Below, in pieces: positions 52,901-63,878 of a stretch of DNA of 64,000 bases. Under the pieces are notes generated by a model that saw only the letters and a program-made list of their open reading frames with translations, made no database searches and was not told the DNA's origin. The translations under genes were made by a program, and so were the position numbers. The first letter of the stretch is position 1. The number at the start of each line of letters is the position of its first letter. The stretch covers positions 28,026,001 to 28,090,000 of the forward strand of contig NC_087251.1 of NCBI RefSeq assembly GCF_037042905.1, given 5' to 3'. This stretch comes from Lytechinus pictus. Lineage: Eukaryota.

Positions 52901-55900
52901 TATGGACCTAGTTCATGAAACTTGGGCATAAGGTTAATCAAGTATTAGTGAACATCCTGCTCGAGTTTCAGGTCACGTGACCAAGGTCAAAGGTCATTTA
53001 TGGTCAATGAACTTTGGTTAAGTTGGGGGCATTTGTTGAATTACTATCATAACTTTGAAAATTTATGGATCTAGTCCATGAAACTTGGACATAAGGTTAA
53101 TCAAGTATTAGTGAACATCCTGCCTGAGTTTCAGGTCACATGACTAAGGTCAAAGGTCATTTAGGGTCAATGAACTTTGGCCAAGTTGGGGGTATTTGTT
53201 GAATTACCATCATAACTTTGAAAATTTATGGATTTAGTTCATGAAACTTGGACATTAGGTTAATCAAGTACCACTGAATATCCTGTGTGAGTTTCAGGTC
53301 ACATGACCATGGTCAATGGTCATTTAAGGTCAATGAACTTTGGCCGTGTTGGGCGTATATGTTAAATTACCATCCTAACTCTGAAAGTTTATGGATCTAG
53401 TTCATAAAACTTGGACATAAGAGTAATCAAGTATCACTGAACATCCTGTACGAGTTTCAGGTCACATGACCATGGTCAAAGGTCATTAAAGGTAAATGAA
53501 CTTTGGCCGTGTTGGGGGTATTTGTTGAATTACCATCCTAACTCTGAAAGTTTATGGATCTAGTTCATAAAACTTGGGATATAAGAGTAATCAAGCTTCA
53601 CTGAACATCCCCTGTGAGTTTCAGGTCACAAAACCAAGTCAAAGGTCAGTTAAGGTCAATAAACTTAGGCCATGTTGGGGTAATTGTTGAAGTGCCATCA
53701 TAACTTTGAAAGTTTATGGATAGAGAATGAATGAAATGTGGACATGGGTGTAGTTGACAAGTCTTAAGTCACCGTTCAAATGTCATCTATGGTCAATGAA
53801 CGTGGTATTATATCATTATATGAATGGTGTTTTTGTGAATGATTATTTTATAGTAGTTTTCAAAGTTAGCACTGCTGCTATGTTAAATTGCGTAATGCAG
53901 GCGAGACTGCCAGAGGCGTTCCACTTGTATAATCTTATAAATGATATCAAATATGCATTGTGTAATATTGGGAGTTGGGAAAAATTAATGGCCAAACTCA
54001 GATTTCCAAACTGTTTTTGCTCGTTTTGCAGCTTTTCAATTCAGACCTCATCCAACACTTTTGAATCCTGCTCTTTTCGTGATGGCATGATCATAACAAG
54101 CATGGTATCATTTTAAAGAGAATCAAATGATCTTTTCAATGATGTAAAATATGCGTTGTGTAAAATTGGGAGTTGGGAGAAATTAATGGCCAAACTCAGA
54201 TTTCCAAACTTTTTTTGAGGGGTTTATATTGGAGATGCTAATGAATTCAATTTAATCAAATTCAATTAAAGATTGTTAATTTCAAACTGATCATAATTTC
54301 AAACATGAAGAAATAAGTTGAAATGCATATTAAGTCTATAAATATACCGGTAAGTATTATTCATGATTTCTCCAGTTAGAGATATTCATGTCTAATCTCT
54401 GTAAATTTCATTTTAGATCCCATGAAGCAGGGCAAGTTGGTAAAGAATATTGAAAGAGAACAGAGGAGAGATGATATTCTACTCAAGCACAGACTCGAAA
54501 AGAAAGAAAAGAGAAATAAGCACAAGAAGGTAGATATTAACAACTGTTTTTTCTGTGTAAATTAATTAAAATATAATATCTCTGTCAAAAGTATGAAAGT
54601 CTAAACAAGAAACATTTACAGTGTATGTATATCTGTACTACATGTATATACAGAATAATTGTTGAAAAATTGAAAAGGTGGACAGTACAACGTTATAACA
54701 GCAAAATTTGATTTATTTGTGGTGATAGGCATAGGGATCATATATTGACATGTCATCATTATTTGCATAATAGATCAGTAGAAATAAAAGAAGCTTGAAT
54801 AAGTGCAACAATAAATCAAATACATTACACAGTGGCATGCAATCAAAAGTAGTGTATACAAAAAATATCAGTTATAAAATATACAAGACACGAAACAAAG
54901 TAGCAATTTGAAAATATCGTTATTTTGAAAACATTGAAACATAAATATAGGAACAATCTGAGATTTCATGAAAAGAATTTCCTGCAATCTATTAAATGGT
55001 TTTGTTTAATAGTGAAAGAATATGAGACAGAATTACACCAATTACCTAATTTTCTTAATTGTGTAAAATTTGATATCCAACACAATTATAATATGAGTGA
55101 CACAAGATGTTCAATGTTAAGAGAGTGAATATAGCACAGTTTTGGCATTGTGAATCTGATTATTACCTATTTGCAGTCATTGAATCACCGTCGTAAAGCG
55201 GCACATTTCCTTGACGAGGAAGCAGAGGTTTCGGAGGATGAAGAATGGTCATCAGATGAGGAAGGCTCAGACCTTGATAACTCTTTAGAAGGCTTCATCA
55301 ACAATGCATCTCAATCAAGTCAAACAACATGCCCACGAGGTAAGGCATCTGACTTTACATTAGGAAACTTTTCTTTGTCTTGAGATAAACTGTAGCTGAA
55401 TACTTGGTCAGTCTCTAACTCCATTTTAAAGTTAGATGTCTCATTGAGATAAAATGCCAAGAACAGCAAATATTTTGAAGATTTTCATAAAGAAATATCT
55501 GAGATTTTTCCTAAAGAAATTGGAGGAATAGGAGTCAGTCTAGTAGTAGAAGTACTAATCAAGGTTTTTAAATCAGGGGTGTGTTTCACAAAGATTTAAG
55601 TATGACTTGCAACGCATGATCTTATTGATAGATACGCAGTAGTGCGCGTCCTCATGACACGATCTGACCAATGCAGTCAATCCTTTCATACCGTACGCAA
55701 CTCGGTATTTAAGTGCGACTGTAAGTCATACTTAAATCGTTGTGAAACACCCCCCTGGAGATTTACTTCTTCCACACACAGAAATTGACCTTACCCCCAT
55801 CCCTCCACTTCACCCTGTTGAGAGCATCTTCCTCCTTCAGTCCTTCCTTTCTGATTCTATCTGCGTGAAATGAAAAGCTGTTCTCAAAACACGATCAATG

Positions 55901-58900
55901 TCCCTCCTCAACCAATGTCTTTTCTTTGTCACAAATGCCAGGTTTCCACTGTTGCTTTATAGCAAGTTTAGAAATATTAATTCAAATATTATGTTAAAAT
56001 CTATGAAACATAGTAAATGAAGAAGCTTTAATAGGAGGAAAATATAATTTGTTTACAAACTTTTGGCATTACTCCTATTTGTTTAAGATCGGTATGCTCA
56101 ATCTGTAATGAAAATCATAAGTCAGAAAAAATTAGAACCAGTGGGATTCGAACCTACCATCTACTGCTTTCCGGGCAGCGACTTAACCACCAGGCTATTC
56201 TGGTTCACGGCTAAGCCACGATGAACTGAAATTCAAATACCCTCGATCCTCCTGCAGTAGATGGCAGGTTCGAATCCCACTGGTTCCAATCTTTTCTGAC
56301 TTATGATTTTCATTACAGATCGAGCATACCTATCTTAAACAAATAGGAGTAATGCTGAAAATTTTTTAACAAATCTATAAAACATGTTTAGACACTTAAA
56401 TAGCAACATATAAGTCGTATTATCTTTTTTAATCAACAGTGATTAACATGAATTCGGATTGCATGGTCCTTTTAACTTCAGTTACTGTCAGATGATATGG
56501 TTTTCTGTTCCTACTTAATAGGGAAGCAAGTAATACTTGTTTACATTGTTGAAACTGATAATGGTTTTGGCCAACCACTACACTATTTTCATGAAAATCA
56601 TAGTAATATGACCTGTATCTGTTGCAGATATAGTATGAAACAATCTTCCTATTCAGTATCAAAGTGTAGCAATGTTATTGACATGAGTAGCATTCTGAAT
56701 AACTTCTTTTATGCTTTGTTTTGCAGATATGCATGCTATTTATATGAAATCAGTCAAAAGCCCTCCAGTACCCGGTCCAGGTGGCCGCTTCAAGATGGTC
56801 CAGCATCATTCCCCAGACCTTGATGTCTTCTCACAGGTCCCACAGCAAGATGCCACTTACATGGAGGACAGCTTTGTCGTCCAAGGAGATGATGAGGAGG
56901 ATCATGGTTTGAGAGAAGACATCAGTTTGCTTGCTATGGACAACACCATCAATATGGATAATATCATTGATGGAGGATCCAGGAGGGCTGGAGGAAGGAG
57001 GTTGAGGAATAAGGGTGGGGAGAGCAGAGCAGCGAGGATATTGAGGGCAGGGAGGGCTGCTGTGTTGAAATCGGACTCTTCGCTGTCTGACGTGGAAGAG
57101 GCGGTGGAGGATGATGATTTGATGGACTGGGAGATTGAGTTAGATTTTGAAGCTAGGAAAAAGAACCAGAAAAGGAACCATGCTATTCATCAAGCTTCAG
57201 GAAGGGGAAGACTGCTTGGGAATCATAGGGGATTAGGAAAGGGGATGGAGTCCTCGAAACCTTCTGGTGGGGAGTGGATTAGTAAGCCTAAAACACAATC
57301 ACAACCATTTCAGGTTAATCCTAAGAATGTGCATGATAAAGAGGATGGGCTGACGAATGTACAAGGTGCAAGTGAAAAGGAAAAGTCACCTCTCAAGACC
57401 AACTATGCCTTGATGAATTCAGGTCGGACCAAAGATAGCTTGATTGGTTCTGACAAAGGATCATCAAAACCATGTACATTTGTTGCTCCTCAGTCTGCTG
57501 CTGCCTGTAGCAGCGGTAGTTCTTTGATGGACTCCCCCAAAACACTGGCTCAGAAAGAGAAGGAGGAGAGGTTGAGACGACAGAAGCAAAAACAGGCGGA
57601 ATTCCAGCAGAAGATGCAGCAAAAGCAAGCGCAGACTTCATCTCAGGCAGCGATCAGTCCTGTCAAAAGAACATTATCTTTGTCATCAGGGAGTCGTAAG
57701 AAGGAGGAGGCCTCGACTGAAAAGACCTCAGTTAATCGGACACTGTCTTTTGCAACTCCCGGTTCTAACCCCAGAGCTGCTTTTCCAAACTCTGAGGGAT
57801 TCAAAGTTCCTTGGTCATCAGAGGGCAGTTTGAACACTAAGACTGACTCTGGAAATAGTGACACTTCAAGTAAGAATGCAAGCCCTGTTCTCCCCAACCA
57901 AAATATTAGTTTGCTACCAGTCAGGTCTACAACTGCAGTCTCACCATCGAATAAAATCAACAACTTAACACTGATGGACAATTCTGTGGCCAATGCTACA
58001 ATGTCTTCAACCATTGTGAACAGTTCTACACTCAGCAGCCCTCGGGTAAGTATACATGTTCTTTTCTTCCATTTTTGATAAAATGCTTATTTCCTTGTGG
58101 AATTGTCAGTATGTAGAAATGTTCATTAATAGAAATCTTCCCATGTGTAATGATGTAAAGAGGATATTGATAAAGTTGTGAACTTATAAAAATCAGGTGT
58201 CCTCAAACAGCTTTCAGATGAAGAAGAAGGAAGAGAAGGATATAGAGTGGAAGGAGATACCTTCTTTACTGATTAAAATTGTTAAGACCTCCCCCTCCCA
58301 AATAAAATGATGTTAATTATACTGTAACCATTCTTACAGTGAATCAAAGTTAATATATATTTAAATTGCAACTGATTTGATTTCTCACCTATCTCAGTCA
58401 GCCACTGGTCAAGCACCTTTGGTCATCCTAGTGGACAGCAAAGAACTCTCCAGTTCTCCTCACATAGTATCAACATTGACCATTACCTATGGACTCAATC
58501 CTATAGTTAGTCAGCTGCAGGGGTGTGATTATGTAACCAGTACCCGTATGGGGGTGGAGAAACGTACCCTTAGTGGTAAATAAAGAGAATCCTGTTTATT
58601 GTTTACCCTTTGTATCACATATCTCTAAAATATTCTTTTATACACTCACTTTTATGAATTTAATAGGTTTTATATTTTTTTCTGATGTGTTGGTGTTTGA
58701 TAGCATGAATAATATCCAATATAGTGATAAACCATGAACCAGAAAATTGAATCATCTTTTATTTTCATTCAAGCAACTAAGTTGTTTGAGCATGCCTTTT
58801 TTATGTTTTCCTTCTTTCACCAGGCAAAGTCATTTTCGATTTTTTTTTTCCTTCTACCTAAGAAATAAATTATATTTATCCACACCATTTCAATTTTTTA

Positions 58901-60955
58901 TTTGCTTCATGGAACTAAAATATGTGCTCCATTATTATCCTTGATGTTAATTTAAAGGAAAGTTCAGAAAATTTAAATTTGAATGATATCCTTTTTTTAT
59001 TCATTTTTTTAAAGGTTTTTAGTACATATTTCATAGTTACATCAGTTTTGATTGTTTATTAGACACGTACATTCAATAAAATATAAAAATACTTTGGTTA
59101 TGGTAACTTTGCAATAATAAGTAATTTAATGGAAATCATGATTTTATGAGGTTTGTAACTTTTCTGTTTAATTGTTCGACTGCAAAACCATTCAACTTGA
59201 TAATTTTGTCTGTACTTTATTCTTAATTTCAGAATTTGCGAATGGGGCCAACAGACAGAAGCTGTTGGATAGAGTACGTCATATGTGTGAGCTGTTTGAT
59301 AGACCTTGTCTGATCATTGAGAAAGATAGAGACAAGAACAGAGATAAAAGACAACCACCAAAGACACTGTAAGACAAAGCATATATTTTCATGTAGTGTA
59401 CTTAAATTTGGAGGTGCCATGATAGAGTTTCTTAGGCACCAGGGCCCCCGTCTTACAAAGAGTTACGATTGATCCAATCAATCGTAACTCTATGGAAATC
59501 CATAATTTTTTCTACAAGAAATTTGCAAATTGTCCTTTGTAAGCAAAGGAGAACATACCAAATTGTCAAGAAATCAATGAATTTATGAATATACATTCAT
59601 ATCTAGAATTTTTTTGGAACAAACATGCATTTTATATGTTGACTTAGCTGGCCTTCCATAGTTGCGATTGTTCGGATCAATCACAACTCTTTGTGAGACG
59701 GGCTCCAGGATAGTGCTTTGTGAAAGTACTTGTCATACAGTATGTTTTATCCAAAAGAGTCTTTTTTTATATGGCCGTTACCACAGTACCAATCAGACAC
59801 TTTTTGCCTCTCAGCCAATCGAAACCAAGGAAAGTTTGTCTGATCTGATAACTTGTTAGATGACAAATGCTTATGAATCATTTCTTGATGTTTAGACACA
59901 TGAAACTTTAAAAGGGTTGATCAGAACCCAGCAATGGCAATTGTAGATGTATAAATGAGTAAGGTATTTCTTCTACTGTGTTCTTTTATGTCTGTGGGAT
60001 GCTGGTGTTTGAAGGTCAGTCCCACATGTGAAATAATCACATCTGATTGATACAAATATTAAAAAAATGAAATCATTACAATGTCATGAGTTTACCCTTA
60101 AACTATTAACAAAATTGTTGAGACTTGGAGCATGTAATAGAGGCGATTTGTCTCAACATATCTGAACACTAAGAAAACAATGCTGTGCTTTATCACTCTC
60201 TATTCAAACTTTGTGTCAATTGAGCTTTGTTAGGGATATTTCAGTATTTGGAAGTCATTGACACTGACACGAAAACTCCTTTCTGGAATAGATTGAGCAA
60301 ACCACCTCTGAGCTTTTGTATCTGTATACTAATTTCTCTTTGTCATCTTATGTTGATACAGAATCAGAACAAAGTATTTGGATTCTACTTTGGCTTCCCT
60401 GACTAAGACTCATGTCAAAGTACTTTTCTCCGATTCAACAGGTGAGTAGATTGTTGGATTAAGCCATTGAGGACAATTTGCAATCTTATTTGTTTACTTT
60501 TTATATATGAAGCATGTACATTCTTTTTTTTTCATTTCTCCATTTTTCCATTTTCAATTTATGGCATTAGAAATATAGATTGACAGAGAACGTCTTTACA
60601 GATTGAAAATTTGCATTTATAAACAATACGTTTGAGGATCCCTTCTTGTTGCCAAGTTCGAAATCAATTTGATTATTTTCGTATAAATTATTTTTTACCA
60701 TGGAATGGAATGCTCTGGTCTTTTTTCTGATGTATTCATGATTTTAAAGGTTCAACATCAAAGTTTATAGGGCCAATTACAAAGTGCAGTCAATTTTCTG
60801 ATTTTAGTTGAGCAAGTTCCTTTCTGACATTTACCTTAGACTCTGTCTGACACTTAATATTTGTGGTTGAATGTGAAAAAATATATATTTTACAATTATT
60901 ATCATTGTCATTATTGATATTATAACTATTATTCATAGAAGTAGCTGCAATAGTA

Positions 60956-60989
<34 letters not shown>

Positions 60990-62584
60990 CAGCAGCAGCA
61001 GCAGTAGTAGTAGAAGAAGCAGCAGTCTAATCATCAACATCATTATTATTTCACAATTATTTTTATAACCATCTGCAGAGGAAACTGCTCAAATCTTAGC
61101 TGACTTGACCAAGATTGAAAGCAGAAAAGGAGCTGCTATTCCAGCCACCTTGGACATGGATTCTACCTCTGAACAGGTGATATATCAGGATATTTCAAGA
61201 GTTGAGAAACAGAAGGGTGTATCTTCCTTTATGGCTATTTTGAGTTACTGGTACCTAATCAATCAGTAATGCATGCAGATTATGAAAACTATAAAGCCTT
61301 GATTCAATTTACTTCCTAATGTGTGTAGAGGAAAATGGTACTTTGCCACATTTCAATTTGCTTAGGAAATTCTTTTTTTTTTAATCACATTTCTATTTCA
61401 CATTCTGTTGTTTCTTTTTTTGTTTTTGTTCTTAAATACTATTATTCTCTTATAAATTGATTTAAAGGTAGTGTATCGACTTGCAGACAATGCTAAATAT
61501 TTATTGGGTTGGCAATAACATACAAGTTGTTACCGAGGTACTTGTAATGCTCACAGTCATACATGTGTAGCTTACTAACTTACAACAATTTGTGGAACGC
61601 CATCCAAGGAAATAATGAAATTTTCTTGTGCATTGAGATCTTGCTTATGTAGGATCCTAAAAAAAGTCCATGAACACACTTTTCTATCTGCTCTTCATGC
61701 CTATTCTGTCTCTGGAATTGTTCTAAGTGAAAATAGTGGGATAGCTTGAAATCCAATTTTCACATTTACCTGAGCCCCATTGCATGAAGAGCAAGGATAC
61801 CATTGAAGTTACCATTGGTTAACCAACTTACCATAATAGTAGCTTTCATGTACTATGGTCCTGTCCTTGAAATAAAGTTATTCTTGAACCTCTTTCTTAG
61901 GTGTTGAAGTTCTACCAGTCTATACCCGGAGTAAGTTATGTTACGGCGCTCAGTCTCATACATCATTATCCGTCTGTCGCGGACCTCCTCTCAACGTATG
62001 TATCTCCAACATTTATAGTTAATATTGTTCAAAGTAGTATTTACAAATTTAATGTTTACAATTAATATTTACATACAATCATAAATATTGTTCAAAGCAA
62101 TGTTACTAAACATTTTCTTGTTTTATGATAATGTTAATGATGATAACGATAGTTCGAATATTATTATTTGCAAAATTTTACTTCTGATTCTCATGATAAT
62201 GATATTAGGAGTTTGAAAATTATGTATGATGGTGACAATACTAGTAATTAAGAGAATAATTAATGATTATTATGAAAACAGTTATAGTATGAAATCATGG
62301 TTTCCATAGAAGTGCCCTTTTAACTGAAATTCTTAGTGGTTTCATGAACACCTGTCCAGATCTTGATCCATTTATGTTGCAATTTTTTATGAAACTACCT
62401 TACTTCACCACGTCTCAGTGTATAAATGTATCATAAATCTGTACAATGTTTTTCTTTATATGTCTTGTATGATAGATGTGAATCCGTATTGCAGTCCAGG
62501 ATTAAGGTGTCGTCCATCCGAGCCAAGCAAATCATGGCATACCTCAACCACAGCTTTGATGAACAAATGACAGGGTCCAGGTGA
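31937..62584 (+). CDS. FANCM: Fanconi anemia group M DEAH helicase/translocase, 24 coding exons, ~2667 aa
   Basis: join(31937..32057,34888..35197,35735..35853,36190..36362,37188..37265,38018..38176,39335..39466,42398..42806,43030..43238,43764..43970,44754..45006,45202..45347,45688..48742,49229..49431,50050..50188,54417..54529,55177..55339,56727..58045,58398..58575,59233..59368,60362..60441,61079..61176,61901..61995,62476..62584); 8004 nt, all phases consistent. Motifs: KQTTLFQNW (N-terminal PIP-like), [51 protein letters not shown]-binding region, [25 protein letters not shown]4-like ILVDSKE..EKR, HhH IPGVSY. Confidence 0.97.
33384..33866. mobile_element. TA-flanked MITE
   Basis: tatggtagtggatcgtattaccga / tcggtaatacaatcactcactata; subterminal tcgtattaccgaac repeated. 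Confidence 0.65.
34147..34813. mobile_element. PIF/Harbinger-like MITE
   Basis: TIR GGGTGATTTCAAGT.CGGTGTT / AACACCGAACTTGAAATCACCC; 3-bp TSD ATT; internal ggtgttgg/ccaacacc hairpins. Confidence 0.8.
37338..37886. mobile_element. piggyBac-like MITE, left end degenerate
   Basis: Right end aaagcccggtttggttaGGG-TTAA pairs with left accagaccggggttttt. Confidence 0.55.
38109..38545 (+). repeat. ~116-bp tandem repeat of the FANCM exon 6 3' end plus its splice donor (4 units)
   Basis: Unit ..aaaatagt.gtgc..attggtgatgaactcaagcagg..aacagtatcta.agGTAAATGCC; donors after 38176, 38292, 38409 and 38517. Confidence 0.85.
39560..40840 (-). mobile_element. Internally deleted pogo/Tigger-like (HTH-psq) transposon
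   Basis: TIR-like end (TA)CCATAAACTGGGTGACTTTGG at 40840, motif repeated near 40472. Minus-strand pseudo-ORF from 40358: [54 protein letters not shown] (psq HTH), then an acidic tract and [23 protein letters not shown]. Confidence 0.7.
41588..42242 (-). pseudogene. Decayed gene resembling a Polinton/adintovirus minor capsid (penton) protein
   Basis: Reading through 3 stops and a frameshift: [62 protein letters not shown]. Motif order resembles penton proteins by recall only. Confidence 0.45.
44203..44378 (-). mobile_element. tRNA-derived SINE with Meta-domain-like core
   Basis: Minus strand gccggtgag..ttggtagagcg (A box)..gagttcaaacc (B box)..gaccaaaagacgataaaagatgggag..ttggcgttcaatgattaaaggg. 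Confidence 0.75.
50592..51784 (+). mobile_element. Helentron-associated (HINE/DINE-1-like) element, copy 2
   Basis: TTgtctcgcctgcat ... atgcaggcgagac-tgccagaggcg-ttccacttgTT; (GGC)n; 5 full ~163-bp repeats. Confidence 0.85.
52578..53928 (+). mobile_element. Helentron-associated (HINE/DINE-1-like) element, copy 3
   Basis: Near-identical to copy 2, with 6 full ~163-bp repeats. Confidence 0.85.
55577..55754. mobile_element. Harbinger-like palindromic MITE
   Basis: gggtgtgtttcacaaagatttaagtatgactt / aagtcatacttaaatcgttgtgaaacaccc; flanked by CAG and CTG. Confidence 0.8.
56047..56374. mobile_element. tRNA-derived fold-back element (inverted SINE-like arms)
   Basis: ~120-bp inverted arms. Minus strand 56206-56135 is a 72-nt tRNA-like head with A box TAGCCTGGTGG, B box GGTTCGAATCCC and pairing ends GAACCAG/CTGGTTC. 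Confidence 0.75.
59443..59705. mobile_element. Harbinger-like MITE
   Basis: ggcccccgtcttacaaagagttacgattgatcc / ggatcaatcacaactctttgtgagacgggctc; CAG TSD. Confidence 0.8.
60950..61026. repeat. (AGT)n/(AGC)n compound microsatellite
   Basis: Directly visible. Confidence 0.9.
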
Positions 62585-62772
62585 CCAGGTTCTCCTTCTA
62601 TGATAAACGTATAACAGATGACATGGTCAGGTTAACCTTTGATCATGACCAGGTTTGCCTTCTGCTGTGATGAAAGGGTGACTGGTTTGGTTGACCTTTG
62701 ACTTTTGATCATGGGGTATCACTACTACGTTGAATAGATGACTTAGTCAGGTTGACCTTTGATCATGACCAG

Positions 62773-62898
62773 GGGCCCGTAACTCAAAGCATAGCGATCA
62801 TCGTATAATTTTTTTAGATTGATTGCATTGACTACGGTGTACAATCAATCGTTAATATCAGGCGGAAGATTAATTGCTAACTTTTGTGTTAGGGACCC
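62773..62898. mobile_element. Harbinger-like MITE related to 21447-21601
   Basis: gggcccgtaactcaaagcatagcgat / ttgctaacttttgtgttagggaccc. Confidence 0.65.
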
Positions 62899-63004
62899 GG
62901 GCTCACCCACAGCTATGATGAACTGATGATGTGGTTAGGTTGACTTTTAATCATGTGTTCATCACTGCTACAATGAACAAATGACAGGATCAAAGTGACT
63001 TCTA

Positions 63005-63878
63005 GGCCCAAATTCACAAAGGTGGTTTTAAAAACCCATGGTTGAATCCATGGTTTATGCAGAACAATGACGTGTATTTGACGTGTACATACTCCTGCAT
63101 TATTCTACAAGTACGATGATACACCAACCTGGTGGACTGTACTTAAACGGATGATGATTTGAATCAGAATTTATTTTTATTTGGTTGCCCTGACGCTCAA
63201 TACTCTACTGTAAACCGTTATATTCTTTACGCTAAATATTTTATTTTTTCGACATGTTGTAAGGGTGATCGGTTGTGTTTTAGCTCTTTTAAGATCATAT
63301 TGAAACGCTATTGTGAAATTGAAAGGGTTCTCAGTCAAAACCATCATAATTTTGTGTTATCATTAGATAATAGTACGCATGTACAGTTGTTGTAAACATG
63401 TTCGCTTCATGATTTTTCTGTAAATTGAATTGCTTTCGTGTTTGATTTTGAATAAAATCTCTATAAAAGAAAAAAAAAGATTTCCTGTATAAATTATGCT
63501 TAATTTAGCGCGTATCGGGCGTGTGTATAAAAAAATTCCAATGCTGATGCGCGGTGTATAAAAAAATTCCAATGCTGATGCGCGCTTTTGTCACAGTGCG
63601 CCAAATCGACGCATGTTACCATGGTTAGATACGCTATTTTATTCATGAGTCCATTGTTTGAAGAGTGGACTCATGAATTGAAAACAGTGAACTCATGAAT
63701 AAAATAGCACGGATAACCACGGCAACAGGCTTCAATTTGGCGCACTGTGACAAAAGCGCGCATCAGCTTTGGACATTTTTTATTATACGCGGTAAAATAA
63801 GCTTAATTTATACAGAAAATCTGCATAAACCATGGGCTCAACCGTGGGTTTTCAAAACCACCTTTGTGAATTCGGGCA
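63005..63878. mobile_element. Harbinger-like fold-back MITE containing a LINE insertion
   Basis: TIR GGCCCAAATTCACAAAGGTGGTTTT / AAAACCACCTTTGTGAATTCGGGC; TSD CTA; long IR arms. Confidence 0.8.
63064..63478 (+). mobile_element. 5'-truncated L1/Tx1-type LINE 3' end
   Basis: LFLFG..VNRYILYAKYFIF..F..ILKRYCEIERVLSQN resembles the L1/Tx1 ORF2 C-terminus; AATAAA and a poly(A) tail follow; it splits the left arm of the host MITE. Confidence 0.7.

Larger units (their letters stand above)
50535..54226. mobile_element. Tc1/mariner-like non-autonomous element (~1.15 kb net) hosting two HINE insertions
   Basis: TIRs taaactcctcaaaaaaagtttggaaatctga / tcagatttccaaactttttttgaggggttta; internal ~240-bp duplicate (51785-52230) and ~198-bp duplicate (52466-52577 plus 53930-54210). 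Confidence 0.7.

Noticed and set aside
50700..53750. CRISPR-like regularly spaced repeats
   Set aside because: The units are contiguous ~163-bp tandem repeats without unique spacers; eukaryotic context and no cas genes.
54680..55130. Possible minus-strand LINE tail
   Set aside because: Too decayed to support a call.
56135..56206. Functional tRNA gene
   Set aside because: A-box register is shifted, D- and T-stems are mismatched, and it is embedded in a dispersed repeat; treated as a tRNA-derived element.
56711..58078. 455-aa ORF as a standalone gene
   Set aside because: It is FANCM exon 18 (56727-58045).
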